This document shows, in pieces, positions 37,751 through 51,234 of a DNA stretch of 64,000 bases. The position numbers and the translations under genes are program-made. Under the pieces are notes generated by a model. That model was not told the DNA's origin. It searched no databases and was given only the letters and a program-made list of their open reading frames with translations. Position 1 is the first letter of the stretch, and each line of letters opens with the position of its first letter. Origin of the DNA: Felis catus (lineage: Eukaryota). The DNA is taken from NCBI RefSeq assembly GCF_018350175.1, contig NC_058368.1:127288001-127352000 (forward strand), read 5' to 3'.

Positions 37751-39899
37751 TAAGCTTCCGAAATTACCTGAAGCTTCCCAAGGAAATATAACTGCCTTTG
37801 GAGACCTGGAGAAGCTGTCTTATTCTACTAATCCCTCTCCTTTTATTGGTTTCTCCTCAGTGTTATATTTTCCTGAGGATTTGGGCTATGCTTACTCCAT
37901 CCCTATATGCCTTATATCTCCCAGCACACGGTATTACTCTTAGAAGAGAACAATCACTCAATGAATGTTTATTCAATTAAAACGTTCTTAATAGTATAGA
38001 ATACCATTTCAGTCCACAGAAGACATAACTAATGACTGGATTAAATTTATATGGGATACCAAAGGACAACAAAATGTAAACATGCATCTGTTCTATTAAT
38101 AGATAAGTCCATCTGAGATTCTAACCCAAGGCAAAGAGAAAGAAGTCAGATTTTCAAAGGTGAAACACCCACCCAAATAGTTGCCTAAAAGAATTAGATA
38201 TTTATTCAATCACCTATAAGCTGTGGGACTTGGGTCTGTCTCAACCAATGTGACTCAGATTCAGAAAGCTTGCAAACTTGAGCTCTGAGCAACAGGAGTT
38301 TCCTCAACATGCTTCCACCCAATTAAAATGATAGAAAAGATAGAAACATTTTGTTCACTTGGGGAACAAGACACATTAGGCGTGGATAATTATTGGAATG
38401 CAATTAAGAAAACTAAAAGCATCATTATTTTCCACTTATATCACTTCTTTATCTGTAAAGGTGTTTTTGGTGTTGTTATTATTTGCATTTTTGGTTGGTG
38501 TTTTGTTTTTATTTTTATCTTGTAAGACACCCTTGAGGGACATATTGTGAGAAGAATTTTTCTTTACTTTGACACAGAAACTAAAAATGGAGAAATTTCA
38601 GTGAAAAGAACAAACTAGTATTTGATCCCACACTATTTCTAACCCTAAATCACAGTATCTTGATGATACAGAGGTATTTTGTAGGAGATTAAAAGGCCTA
38701 AAGGTCCTATTTTGTTTATTTCTTTCTTTACCTACTTATTTTTGGCTGAGATGGCTTTAAATGGATTGTTTTTGAAGAGGTTAGTCTCAATCTTTTAACT
38801 GTCATTTATCTATGATTTACATTCTGTATTAGGAGAAAACAAACTAGAAGGACCCACAGACAAGTGAGTGGCATTCAAAAGTATAATTTAAAGAAGGTTC
38901 TGCTGTGGAGACCTTCATTTCAGTATCCTTCAGGGTAAGAAGAAAAGAAGTTACACTGCAATATCCCTGAATGTTAATTTCATGTTCTGGAGCTCTAAGG
39001 TAATTTTACAGACTGTCCAGAGTGATAAAAGTAAAATAGGTCCATCATCTATGACCACTCCTGGAAAATCTGAGGAGAAACTACAATTGGATTCTTAGAA
39101 ATATGTACTCTCAAGCGAAAGGAAAATTAAGACAGTAAAATTACTCAGTGCAGTGATGGATGTCTGGGGGCAGATTCATCTCAATAGAAGTGTTCTGACT
39201 CTTGGTACATAACAAAGGTTCTCAGAAAAATGAAGACTGCACAATACGGTGCTAGGTGCTGTATATCCAGTGATTCTGCCAGGAGTATAACTGGATAGGG
39301 ACATGTCATCTAAAGTACTTAGGTGCTATGGTTCATATAATGTCTATATGACAACCACCCAGTAGAAAGGAATGCACAGGGGAAGATTTATTTCAAGTTC
39401 AATGAACTTGAAAGGTTTTACTTTCTCACTTTCTAAAAACTTTAGACTATATGTTCCCACAATTTTTTGACTATGTTTTGTTGTGATTTTCAAGCTTGGT
39501 TTCATCCTGGATTTTGACCTTTTGGTGAGCTAAAGCAGCAGTATGGCTCTGAGTGCTGTAGGTCAGCCCACCTGAAGCATAATGTTATTTATTCCCTTGA
39601 TATGAGCAAATACTTTCTCTGAGTCAGGAGTCTACAAACGGCATGCGATAGAAGATAAAACAAGAAGCAAATAAGGAATCGATGGCTTTCTTCACTATCA
39701 TAATGTATCTATCCTGTTAAAATATATTTATTTATAAAGGTTTTGGAAGTCTCAAACAACATATCCAGGATAATAAGTATACTTTTCTACTAGAGACCTT
39801 ATAACATTGCACATCTGTTATTTTGTATTCTTATTTTTCCAAAAGACTGTGAACTTCTTAAGACGAGGACAAAATACTAATCTTTTAAATACTGGATCT

Positions 39900-40103
39900 G
39901 GGGCACTTAGGTGGCTCAGTTTGTTGAGCATCTGACTCTTGATTTCAGCTCAGGTGATGATCTCACAGTTCATGGGATCGAGCCCAATGTAGGGCTGTGG
40001 GCTGACAGCTTGGGATTCTCTCTCTCCCTGTCTCTTTGCTCCTCCCTTTCTTGTACACGTGTACATGCTCTCTCTCTCGAAAAAAAATTAAAATTAAAAA
40101 AAA
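39900..40103 (+). mobile_element. CAN-SINE (older)
   Basis: ggggcacttaggtggctcagtttgttgagcatctgactcttgatttcagctcagg. Confidence 0.93.
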
Positions 40104-40741
40104 TATACTGTAATTGAAGCATGTTGGGGGCATAGTAAAATAATCACTGAAGGAACAAAAGAAATACGGAATAAAAAATAAGCCACCAGTAAACACAATG
40201 ACATGTGATAAATATACACCTGACTTGACATCACGCCATGAAAAATAGTTATATAGAGCCCCTATGGATACCAGTACTGGCTTCTCATCCTATTTTTTTC
40301 AGAAAGTTACATGTTATATGATTTCATAACATAGTTGGAGCAAGTATGAGTTATAAACATATACATATTTGGAAACAATGTATTTTGCATTTATCAGTAA
40401 GAAAAAGTATATTATCGTAAGTATTTCAAAACAGAATTATTCCTACTTGTATAACTGAAGTTCAGAGGAAAAAACCTAACATCCCGTGTAATACAATTTG
40501 GTTAAATAATGTGTGCCATCAACAGAAACACATGCTTCTAAAAAGCTACTCTAGTCTCATTTCTAGGAAATGCTGGTTGTGTATCATTATGGACCATTTC
40601 TCTGTTCTCATACATCTTGATCTCTGTAAAAGGAGTCTGATTCCATTTTTTGACGTTGGCTGATAGTCCTCACATCTCACCCCTCCCTCTTCATCTCTGC
40701 CCCACATCTGGGCAAGCTGATAAGAAAACCTAGTTGTTTTC

Positions 40742-40770
40742 TCCTTTGGTGTTGATGAGAGATTCAGTTC

Positions 40771-40814
<44 letters not shown>

Positions 40815-40957
40815 TTATACCATTTTCTTTCAAAGAACCAGTTCTTAGTTTTGTGGATCTGTTCTAGTGTTTTGTTGTTGTTGTTGTTTATTTGTTTGTT
40901 TTTGTGTCCTTTTCTTTCAAAGAACCAGCTTTTCCTTTGGTGTTGGTGAGAGATTCA
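40742..40957. repeat. (GTT)n-containing insert between 25-bp direct repeats
   Basis: tcctttggtgttg(a/g)tgagagattca at 40742-40766 and 40933-40957; (GTT)n at 40772-40813; internal 19-bp repeat. Confidence 0.85.
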
Positions 40958-41669
40958 AACCACACAAACCTCTCTACCAAGCCACACCCTCAGCTTGGGC
41001 TCCATCTCTAAAACCCACAAAATCCTCAAGGCAGTCAACTTGCCCTGCTGTCCCCAGAAAAGTCTCACTTCTGTAGGTAATAAATATTTTCATAACCACT
41101 GTGTGTGTGTTGGGAGATATCACTGGTTTCAACATTGAAACCAAATTTTGGGCTGGAGTTCATCTAAATCTACACCATGGCTGTAACAGTCTAATCTCCT
41201 AGATTTTGCTTATCTGCTTATCCTCCTCTGCTCTTTTTGGAGAGAGCTCCCCTTAGAAGGGGAGCAAAAAAGCTGAAATAATATAGATCCCAGTTACACT
41301 CAGAACCTGGCCAAAGGGAACTGCAGCTTTAATACAGCAAGAACTCAGGGAGACGTGCAGAAGTGATATTGTTATTAGCAGAATTTAAAAACATCCACCT
41401 GCCTAATTCTCACTTGGCTCTGGGATCAACAGTCTTTGTAGAATACGTTCAAACAGCATTATTAGTAGAGCATGCTAAGAAGAGCAGGAAATTACTCTTT
41501 TTATACCTACATTTGATTGCCTCTTGCAGTGCATTAATATAAGGGTATGTGGCACCATTTCCAAAACTAATGTTAAGGAAATTATCATGGACAGAAGAAA
41601 AGCAAATTGTCAACATTTCAACAGCACATTTTCAAGAGTCAAATGCCCACTTACAGCTTATTCATAACA

Positions 41670-41800
41670 CAATAACTGTTTAAATTCAGCTTAGAATTCA
41701 CTATGTGCCAAGTACTGTGCTGAGCATTTTATATACATTATTGTTTTTATCCTCATAAAAATTCTACAGATGAGAAGTTATTATTACTGAGAGTCATATC
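41670..41800 (-). mobile_element. MIR fragment
   Basis: cactatgtgccaagtactgtgctgagcattttatatacattatt...tcctcataa. Confidence 0.7.
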
Positions 41801-42764
41801 CAAAGTCCATAATCACACATACACAGTATATGTCTTCAAATCTACATTGTTAAGGCTGTGAATTTTCTTGTTTCCTGACAATTTTTACAGTACAATAGGT
41901 CTTTATGAAGCTAACAGACTGCCAAGCTTGAGGAAGGAGTGCCTTTTTTATAATGTAATGTAGGGAGACATTATCTGTCACAGCTGATTGAGGAAAGAGA
42001 TATAAACACTGCATGGTAGACTGTATTCATTTCAACTACGCCACCCTAAAGAAATGTCCACCATGAATGTGGACGTAGCCAGACAGGTGAATAAATGCAT
42101 TTAGATGTTTTGCAAAGGCTTATTACTGAATTATGTCAATATTCTGGGAACTGTGATAAAGTAGAGAAAGGTACAAGTCATGTTGTTGACTTTAACATGT
42201 TTACAGTATACCTGATAAATAACATATGACTCCATAATGGGTCTAGCTTTTAATGATTCAACGTGTTAATGTATTACATTAATACAAATAGCTTTATATG
42301 ACAAGTACGTTTTTTAAAGCACGACTTTGTAAGTATTACTTTTAAATTTCTTTTGTCCTCAGTCAGTATCTAAATTGATTGACACCCTCTGCCTTTGGAA
42401 AAAGGAAACATTTCTGTTTAAAACAGCTTATCATCTAAGAATTCATCATTTTAAAGATACTTATGAATAATCAACAGTTATACGATTTAAGTGGAAAACA
42501 GCAGGGGGAGCTCAAAGACAGGTTGGACAAATTAAAGGTTGACTTCAAGAGGACAGAAACAATTAGTTTAAGACAGCTTCAAAGGGAAGAAAAAGAAATT
42601 AAGAATACAAATGCATAGTGAAATTATTAGACGACATTTTACTCAGGCTAAAATAATTCCTAGCAAAATGGCGACTTAGCTACACAGAGGAACACTGTCC
42701 AACAGAAAACACTTCAAAAGGCTGAATAAACACAGCTAAGAAAAAGAAGTTTTAACTTGCGCAG

Positions 42765-43520
42765 AATCAGCAGACATCAGGGAAATGCAAACTACATGTA
42801 CCATGACATACCACTACATACCCATAGGAATGGTTAAAATGAAACAAGACAGACACTAACAAGCTTGGCAAGAATGCGAAGCAATTAGAAAGTGGAGACA
42901 ACACTGCTTGCAATCTAAATTTGAAAAATTACTTGGGAAAGCTGTTGGCAGTTTCTTCTAAAGCTGAAAAGACTTAGGACTCATGATCAGTCAATTCCAC
43001 TTCTGGCTGTCCACCCAACAGAAATTTAAAGTTATATACACAAAAAGAAATGTATAATAATGTTCATAGTAATATGATTTGTAGTAACCTCAAATAAAAA
43101 CAAAATAAAGGCTTATCAACAATAAAAAAGATAAATAATATATGGCATACTCCATGAGGATGAAAATGAAACAGAAAAACATATATAAAGATAGAGGAAT
43201 TTTCCAAATATAACGGTGAGAAAAAAAAAAAAATAAAAAGAGCCAGACACTAGCAGTACATGAGAAGCTAGACACTTAAAAGGGGCACTTCCTTTAGCAA
43301 ATAATGTCATCGATGGTGTTTGAAGTCAGGTTGCATTTCCTCCTGGGAGATCATATGTGGAAGAGGGCACCAAGGGATGATATGGTAATGTTCTGCTTCT
43401 TGAACGAGTTGCTAGTTATGTGAGCAGGTTCGTTTCATGACATTGTCATGCTGTACATTTAGGCTTATATGCTCTTCTCTATAGTAAGTCATCACAATCT
43501 GCTAAATTTTATACTAGATG
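42765..43520 (+). mobile_element. L1ME-type 3' fragment nested in the older L1 5' region
   Basis: catcagggaaatgcaaac...ataccactacatacccataggaatggttaaaat...ttggcagtttcttctaaagctgaa...caattccacttctgg...ggtaatgttctgcttcttga. Confidence 0.75.
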
Positions 43521-44576
43521 ATTGTTTTAAAGCATTAACTTAAAAGTTATAATTTGAGGCCTGCAAATTAAAAAAGAACAGTTCTACAGAGATAACTAAG
43601 CACTAGAGTTGATGTTTACCCTGAAGGCATCTGGCAACCCTTCGTGTGCCAGGGAAAAAAATCAAAGCCAGCGCCTACATAGAGAGGAAAGTTACATCCA
43701 GACTCCACATGAAATCTCACACCTAAAAGTTAATACCCGGAGTGAGTGTACTAGGCAAAAAACTTCCACATAGAACAAGATGTATCTTGGTTCCAGGTAG
43801 CATATTAAGGAACACAAATGTCTCTTTTGAAAATTTCTAATCACAAGTGTGTACTCATAATGGGATTGGATACTTGTTTGGCCTGGAAGTTGAACATTTA
43901 GTTTAAAGTAGGTCTATGGCTGGTAGCTCATGCAGTTACTTGGTGTAAGCAAATTCCCTCTGGAAAAATTCACTTTAAACACAATTCCAACAGGTAAAAT
44001 ACTAAGGAGCATCACAGAAAAATCACTGAATGCATAAAGAAGTAAACTCCCATGTGAAACAATCAACAGAAATAACATACTATAGAAATAGACTAAAAAG
44101 ATTACAAATTTGGAATTACCAAATAACTATAATAAAATACTTTCATCTATTTAAAGGAATACCAGAAATGATAGAAAATCTAGATGATGAGCAGGAAACC
44201 ATCAAAAAGCATCAGACATATTTAAAATAAAAACAAATAGAACTTCTCAAATTGAACATTAAATAATTGAAATCAGAAATTCAATAAACAGATTAAGCAA
44301 CAGAGTAGACAGATATGAAGGTTGGAGTAGTAAGCCAGAAAACATAAATGAATGAATATTCAGAATGAAATACAGATAGGAAGAAACAAAAAATATCAGA
44401 GATGTTAAGAGAAGTGAAAGATAGAGTCAGAAGGCCAACATACATCTTACTGTGGTTTCAGAGGGAAGATTAAAGGGAATGGTAGTGAGTTAACATTTGG
44501 AAGTGCAATGGCTAAGAATTGTCCACAAGCAATAAAAGATACCTATACTCATATGTATGAAGGCCAGTGAATTTTT

Positions 44577-44694
44577 TAAAAAAATGTTTTAAGATTTTAT
44601 TTCTGAGTAATCTCCACACCCAGTGTGGGGCTCAAACTTACAACCCCAAGATCAAGAGTCACATGCTCTACTGAATGAACCAGCCAGGTACCCT
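44577..44694 (-). mobile_element. Short CAN-SINE (old type lacking the CT region)
   Basis: taatctccacacccagtgtggggctcaaacttacaaccccaagatcaagagtc; TSD gaaggccagtgaatttt at 44559-44575 and 44696-44712. Confidence 0.9.
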
Positions 44695-46721
44695 GGAAGG
44701 CCAGTGAATTTTAAATAGGGTAAATTTTAATAAAATTAATATCTGGACCCATTAGTTGACTGTGTAACAAAGATAAAAAGAACAATTTAAAAGTAACCAC
44801 AGAAAAGAGACAGAGCAAAAGAACATCGATTAGAATGGAAGGTGATTTCTTAAAAGTCAATTTAATACTATAATAAAGCACTAAGAGGAGAAGTTGCCAA
44901 CCTACAAATACACATACAACAAAACCATCTTTTAAATACAAATGCAAAGTAAATTTTTAAGAAAATCTAACATTAAGAAAATTCTGTACTATGGGGCACT
45001 AGAAGAACTTTCAAGAAGACATATTTTAAGAATAAGGAAGGGCTGAGATGCCAAGAACAGTGGTGAAAAAAAATGCACATCAGTACTATCCAGAAAGACT
45101 TATCAAACTAATAATAATGTCTAAAACGTTAGGTAAACATGAAGAGAGCTAAAATCCATTTTTCTTCCATTGTTGAGGGGAAGGGTAAAGACACTTTAAT
45201 TTTAGCCCTTAATAAATTCAATATAAAAGGAAAATTTTAGGCTTATTATTGAAATAAAGAAAAATTAAAATTAGAAGGAAAAAATACAATGAGAAAACGA
45301 TAAAGATCACTTTGATCCAAAATTATATAAGAAAGAAAGGAAGTAAAAAGAAAGCAAATATAAAATAGGATAAATAGGAAGCCTAAAATAACATATTTGC
45401 ATATTATAATGACAAATTACCAAATATTCATGAATCAACTAATATTTGCAGTTAAAGCAAGTTTCTATACATGTCAGAGAATAAGTATTAAGCAGATATC
45501 TTCTTTGATAACAATGAAACAAAGTTAGAAATTAGTAACAATATAAATACAAAAATCCTTTTCCTTTAGAAAGAAATTTAAAAGCACTTCTAAATAATAT
45601 TTGTGGCAGAGGCAATATCACAACATAATTTAGGAAATACTTACAACTGAATAATAAATATACTGTGCATCAAATACATGGGATGCCAGTAAAGCAGTGA
45701 AATTAATTGAACATATTAGAAATAAATGAAAGATAAAATCAGTGTACAAGGCAACTTACTTAGGAATATAGAAAAAAAAATAGAAAAATAAACCCAAAGA
45801 AAGTAGAAGAAGAAAAACAGTAATGGTAAGGGAAAAATAAGCATAATGTAGAAAACCTATAGTAATAGAAATTTAAAATGTGAAAGCTCTTTGAATAAAC
45901 TAATAAAGTAGTCTGGCAAATTGACAAAAAGCGAACAGAGGAAGAGAGAAAACAATAACTTTTTGTAGGCGTGGAAAGAAAATTTGGAAAGAAAAAGAAT
46001 GGGCAAAATATGAGAGACAGATAAGTAGATGATAGGGTAGGCAAAGAGATAGATGGATAGAGAAAGAGAGAGACACATCAGTTATAGTGAAAACTTCAAG
46101 GAGGCATAACTTACCCAGAAAAATATAGAACAGGAAATGTAGATAAAAGAATCAGTTTGCATGTACGTGGAAAAAGCAAGAAAAAGCAATGCCTCTGGGT
46201 AAAGAGTTCTCAGTGAAAATTGCTGAGCAAGACAAAAGGAACACAATGAAAGTGGTCTCACCACTAATTCTGACAGATATGAGGGGAGCTTAAACATATA
46301 ACTATACTTTGTATCACTCAAGTCTTTCTTTTTTTTTCAGTCTTTTTTCTTTTTACTATAGAACTTAAATCTAAATTTTAATATGATTTAATTATAGAAA
46401 GAATTTGACTCATCTGTGATGGAAAACAAAATAAGATTGAAAACTAAGTTAACAAGCAGGTCTTCATCTACAGCATCTTTTTTGGTTACAAAATGGCAAG
46501 AGATATGACTATGACCAGAGATTTTGACCTAATGATTCTACCACTCAGAATCTACCCTAAAAAAAAATACGATGAAAAACCTTCAAAAGGTGTGTCCAGA
46601 ATCATTATTTGTAATACTAGTAAATGAGGCAAAAAAACATAAAATATATATAAAAATAAACATACACATAGAAAATTTCAGTCAAGTCAATATTATATGG
46701 CAATCAAACTGGTATGTGTAT

Positions 46722-46936
46722 GGGGCGGCTGGGTGGCTGAGCTGGTTAAGCTTCCAACTTTGGCTCAGGTCATGATCTCAAGGTTCGTGGGTTTGAGCCC
46801 CACGATGGGCTCTGTGCTGACAGCTCAGAGACTGAAGCCTGCTTCAGATTCTGTGTTTCCCTCGCTCTCTGCCCCTCCCCTGTTCATGCTCTGTGTCTCT
46901 CACTCTCAGAAAGAAAGAAACATTAAAAGAAAAAAA
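46722..46936 (+). mobile_element. CAN-SINE
   Basis: ggggcggctgggtggctgagctggttaag...; flanks tggtatgtgta and tgatatgtgca. Confidence 0.94.
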
Positions 46937-47411
46937 TGATATGTGCAATGACTGTGGCAGATGACAGAAAAGGGTTTAAGGAATAATGTTAGGTTTAAAA
47001 AGTAGGATAAAAACTCACACATGATTATATCCACATAAAATCCATATACCAGCAAAGAACATTTGGAAGGGACAGAAGAAATGAAAATTGCTGCATTTTA
47101 GTGGTGTATTTATGGCTAAGTAATTTGAAAAATCTATATATATATTTGGAGACTAATAATTTTTTAAAAAAACTTTTTACTTCTGCTTGTTGACTAAATA
47201 CATAATTATGGTAGAAACAGAAAGACCAGGGGCTACTGGGTGGCTCAGTTGGTTAAGCATCCTACTCTTGATGTCAATTCAGGTCACTATCTCATGGTTT
47301 GAGAGATTGGGGCCCACATCAGGCTCTGTGCTGACAGTACATATCCTACTTGTAATTCTCTCTCTTCCTTACTCTCTCCTTTGTCTTTCTCTCTCTCAAA
47401 ATAAACATTTT

Positions 47412-48511
47412 TTTTAATATATGAAATTTATTGTCAAAATGGTTTCCATACAACACCCAGTGCTCATTCCAAAAGGTGCCCTCCTCAATACCCATCACCC
47501 ACCCTCCCCTCCCTCCCACCCCCCATCAACCCTCAGTTTGTTCTCAGTTTTTAACAGTCTCTTATGCTTTGGCTCTCTCCCACTCTAACCTCTTGTTTTT
47601 TTTCTTCCCCTCCCCCATGGGTTTCTGTTAAGTTTCTCAGGATCCACATAAGAGTGAAACCATATGGTATCTGTCTTTCTCTGCATGGCTTATTTCACTT
47701 AGCATCACACTCTCCAGTTCCATCCACGTTGCTACAAAGGGCCATATTTCGTTCTTTCTTATTGCCTTGTAGTACTCCATTGTGCATATAAACCACATCT
47801 TCTTTATCCATTCATCAGTTCATGGACATTTTGGCTCTTTCCATAATTTGGCTATTGTTGAGAGTGTTGCTATAAACATTGGGGTACAAGTGCCCCTATG
47901 CATCAGTACTCCTGTATCCCTTGGGTAAATACCTAGCAGTGCTATTGCTGGGTCATAAGGTAGGTCTATTTTTAATTTTTTGAGGAACCTCCACACTGTT
48001 TTCCAGAGTGGCTGCACTAATTTGCATTCCCACCAACAGTGCAAGAGGGTTCCCGTTTCTCCACATCCTCTCCAGCATCTATAGTCTCCTGATTTGTTCA
48101 TTTTGGCCACTCTGACTGGCATGAGGTGATATCTGAGTGTGGTTTTGATTTGTATTTCCCTGATAAGGTGCGACGTTGAGCATCTTTTCATGTGCCTGTT
48201 GGCCATCCGGATGTCTTCTTTTTTTTTTTTTTTAATTTTTTTTTCAACGTTTATTTATTTTTGGGACAGAGAGAGACAGAGCATGAACGGGGAGGGGCAG
48301 AGAGAGAGGGAGACACAGAATTGGAAACAGGCTCCAGGCTCTGAGCCATCAGCCCAGAGCCCGACGCGGGGCTCGAACTCATGGACCGCGAGATCGTGAC
48401 CTGGCTGAAGTCGGACGCTTCACCGACTGCGCCACCCAGGCGCCCCCCGGATGTCTTCTTTAGACAAGTGTCTATTCATGTTTTCTGCCCATTTCTTCAT
48501 TGGGTTATTTG
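47412..48511 (-). mobile_element. 5'-truncated felid L1 (ORF2 C-terminus plus 3' UTR)
   Basis: ORF 47820-48206 RHMKRCSTS...[26 protein letters not shown]...[14 protein letters not shown] is the L1 ORF2 cysteine-rich C-terminus; TSD aaaataaacattttt at 47398 and 48512. Confidence 0.97.
48222..48446 (-). mobile_element. Young SINEC_Fc nested in L1
   Basis: Perfect 15-bp TSD ccggatgtcttcttt at 48207-48221 and 48447-48461. Confidence 0.97.
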
Positions 48512-49856
48512 AAAATAAACATTTTTTTTAAAGAAAGACCATTAGTTTGTATTTTTATAAATTCACAGGAAATTCACAAAACTAGGGAACAAAGTATAAA
48601 ATTCTTTAACAGGAGATCCAAAAAATGCTATCATTATGTTGTTTTCCAATTTTGTTTAAATAAATATAAAAATGAATAGTAATTTTCAAATATATAGAAA
48701 AGCATAAGTTATAAGGCAGTATCTGATACAGATTTATAATGAACAAATAGTGTCCAATTAATTCAATGTCCGTAGGTGATATAATAACAGGCCAAGTTAG
48801 ACCCAGTTGGATAAGGTGACTTTGGGAGCTTTCCCACATGATATTCTCATTAGCAATATAAAAACAATGAATTTCTGTTCCATGGATTCAGATCTCCATG
48901 AGATATTCCTAATAAGTCTTCCTTTAAAAATGTAGTAATTTGAGGTCTAAATCAAATTCAAAGATATAAGACAGTTTGATGTTCCAGGATATAAACAAAA
49001 CATAAAACAGGTATAGATGTCTAAACTTTTGAATATATCCAATCTTAACATCTGGTTGATGTGCTCAACTGCTTACGGGTACATAAAATGTCTAAACTTT
49101 TAATGGTTCAGTGTTAAGCGTGAAAAAAAGAAAAATGAAGTTCAGCCATTTCATAGTTTGTAAAATATCCACTTTTAGAGTTCTTAAAAATGTTCCTGGA
49201 CAGCTCCCTTTTTGAGGATGAGTTATTTATCTCCTGGAAGGAGCAGGTTCCGTCAAATTACCTAAAAATGTTTTCTCTGACTTTGTTTCCATTAAGGCTA
49301 CATATCTGTCTGAGTCAGTAATACTAATCTCTGTGTGTGCATGGCTATTGCAAAATCACTCATCTATCAAAACACTCTTTTCTGCTGAGTCTCACAACCC
49401 CACATGGCTCATAATCTTTATAAAGACATATTCCAGGAAACCACTATAAATCAATGAAAACAATTTTCAACCAGATCTAATTAAGGAGAAGAGGACTAGA
49501 TGAGTGAACATGAGGTGAATATTTCGAAATGTTTCTCCAATTTCACTGCAAGAACATTCAACCTCATTGAACTGAACCAAAAATTCTGAATTCACAGGTG
49601 CAGACCTCATCATGATTATATGGTTTATCTTCAGGTTTTCCATATCAAAGGAACAGAAGTCAAGAAGATAGTATTCATTCAGAAATAAATTTATGTAAGT
49701 CAAATCAAGAACATTTGTAAAAAATTAATTAGTTTAATGCTCAAGTACAGGTAGGGACAGTTTTGCTAATAAAATTTTGTTTCACAGAATGGCAATCACA
49801 CCAAACAAGTGTGAAGTAGTATCAAGGACAAAGAGAGAAAGTTATGTCTATTTTTA

Positions 49857-50072
49857 ATTTTTTTTTCAACATTTTTTATTTATTTTTGGGACAGAGAGAG
49901 ACAGAGCATGAACGGGGGAGAGGCAGAGAGAGAGGGAGACACAGAATCAGAAACAGGCTCCAGGCTCCGAGCCATCAGCCCAGAGCCTGACGCGGGGCTC
50001 GAACTCTCGGACCGCGAGATCGTGACCTGGCTGAAGTCGGACGCTTAACCGACTGCGCCACCCAGGCGCCCC
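49857..50072 (-). mobile_element. Young SINEC_Fc
   Basis: Perfect TSD aagttatgtctattttta at 49839-49856 and 50073-50090; CpGs largely intact. Confidence 0.97.
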
Positions 50073-51234
50073 AAGTTATGTCTATTTTTAAAAGAAGTTA
50101 GGTGATGGTCAGTATAAAAAGGAAAACATACCAAAGTACAAAACTTAGACATTTTATTTGGCCATAGAGTTTAGGTTGCTTTTCTCATTGCCATCCAAAC
50201 ATATCACATGGAACTTCCAAAGTCTAAATGTGATTTTAAAAGATCAGCGACGAATATGAAGGGCAAAGTATTCACCTCAAGACTATGATGAAGATACAGA
50301 GGTTTCTCATACCTATATCAGTTTACTTTTTGTTAGAATAAGTTAATATTATTTTTTACTTAGTCCACTAAATCTAGCATCTCAAAATGGTCAGCGGGAA
50401 TATACCTGAAAGAATAATTAAGGTTTGGAACTATATTCAGCAACTCTATATCCTCTTAATAATATTAATGAGATTAAAAAAAAAGTAGAGTCAACACTGA
50501 TATTGACAAAAATCAGTCTGCCAATCATCTGGATAACTGGTTTCCCAACCTTCTAGGAAAATGATACATCATATTAATTATGCATATTTGTGCTTTAATG
50601 AGAAAATACTGTGTAAGGATGAGCAAAATCTGTAATGATAGAGCTAAGAGACAGGCGAGAGACTGTCTAGTTCAAACTCCTTTCTCAGATGAGGCAAGTG
50701 AATTTTTAAGAGATTAAAAAAAATTGTGCAAGTCATAGACTTAATGGGCAGGATGTCTCCTCCATTTTCTCCTGCATAATATCTGTACAGCAAAGAGCAA
50801 AAATCTTTGAGTTTGTATTAAAGTGGCAACAAGTAAATAAGAATTTAAGAAAAAAATATTGATAAGAAAATCAAACAATCAAACACTGAGTGGTAACAGA
50901 GTAAATGTATATTAATGAGAACAATAGGATTTCATGAAGGATTATGATGGGTTCTTCCATCACTCTGAAGTTGGATGTGAAAAGACAGGTTTAGTATAAG
51001 AAAGAGACGTTGAGGTTCATTTACAAAGGAAAACTTCTTAAAGTTGAAGTTAGTATGTTAGCAGTAAGAAAAGTTATAAAAAGGATAGATGCCTACTTAT
51101 TATTTAATTATGCTAAGTCACTGCTGAATTCACAGAAAGGTCTACACATTAAACAAAACCATTAGCTTTTGCATAGGCCATTCAGTTATAAAGCCAAGGA
51201 AAAGTATATTCTTCAGTCTAAAATCCAGAGTCTA

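Larger units (their letters stand above)
42660..47180 (+). mobile_element. Ancient L1M element(s): 5' end, ORF1/ORF2 remnants and 3' end, heavily decayed
   Basis: aaaatggcgac 5' start, ORF1-like A-rich stretch at 44030-45100, ORF2-like ctaaataat...gggatgccagtaaagcagtg, ctcagaatctaccct. Confidence 0.7.
47229..48531 (+). mobile_element. Older CAN-SINE whose tail hosts an L1 insertion
   Basis: Body at 47229-47407; TSD agaaagacca at 47219-47228 and 48532-48541. Confidence 0.9.

Noticed and set aside
39391..39413. 23-bp palindrome tttcaagttca-a-tgaacttgaaa
   Set aside because: Isolated and AT-rich, with no associated element ends or array.
44577..44694. tRNA-like sequence
   Set aside because: tRNA-derived short CAN-SINE with tail and TSD, not a tRNA gene.
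47820..48206. 128-aa ORF with a recognisable protein motif
   Set aside because: L1 ORF2 C-terminal fragment in a 5'-truncated, SINE-interrupted copy that ends in a premature stop.
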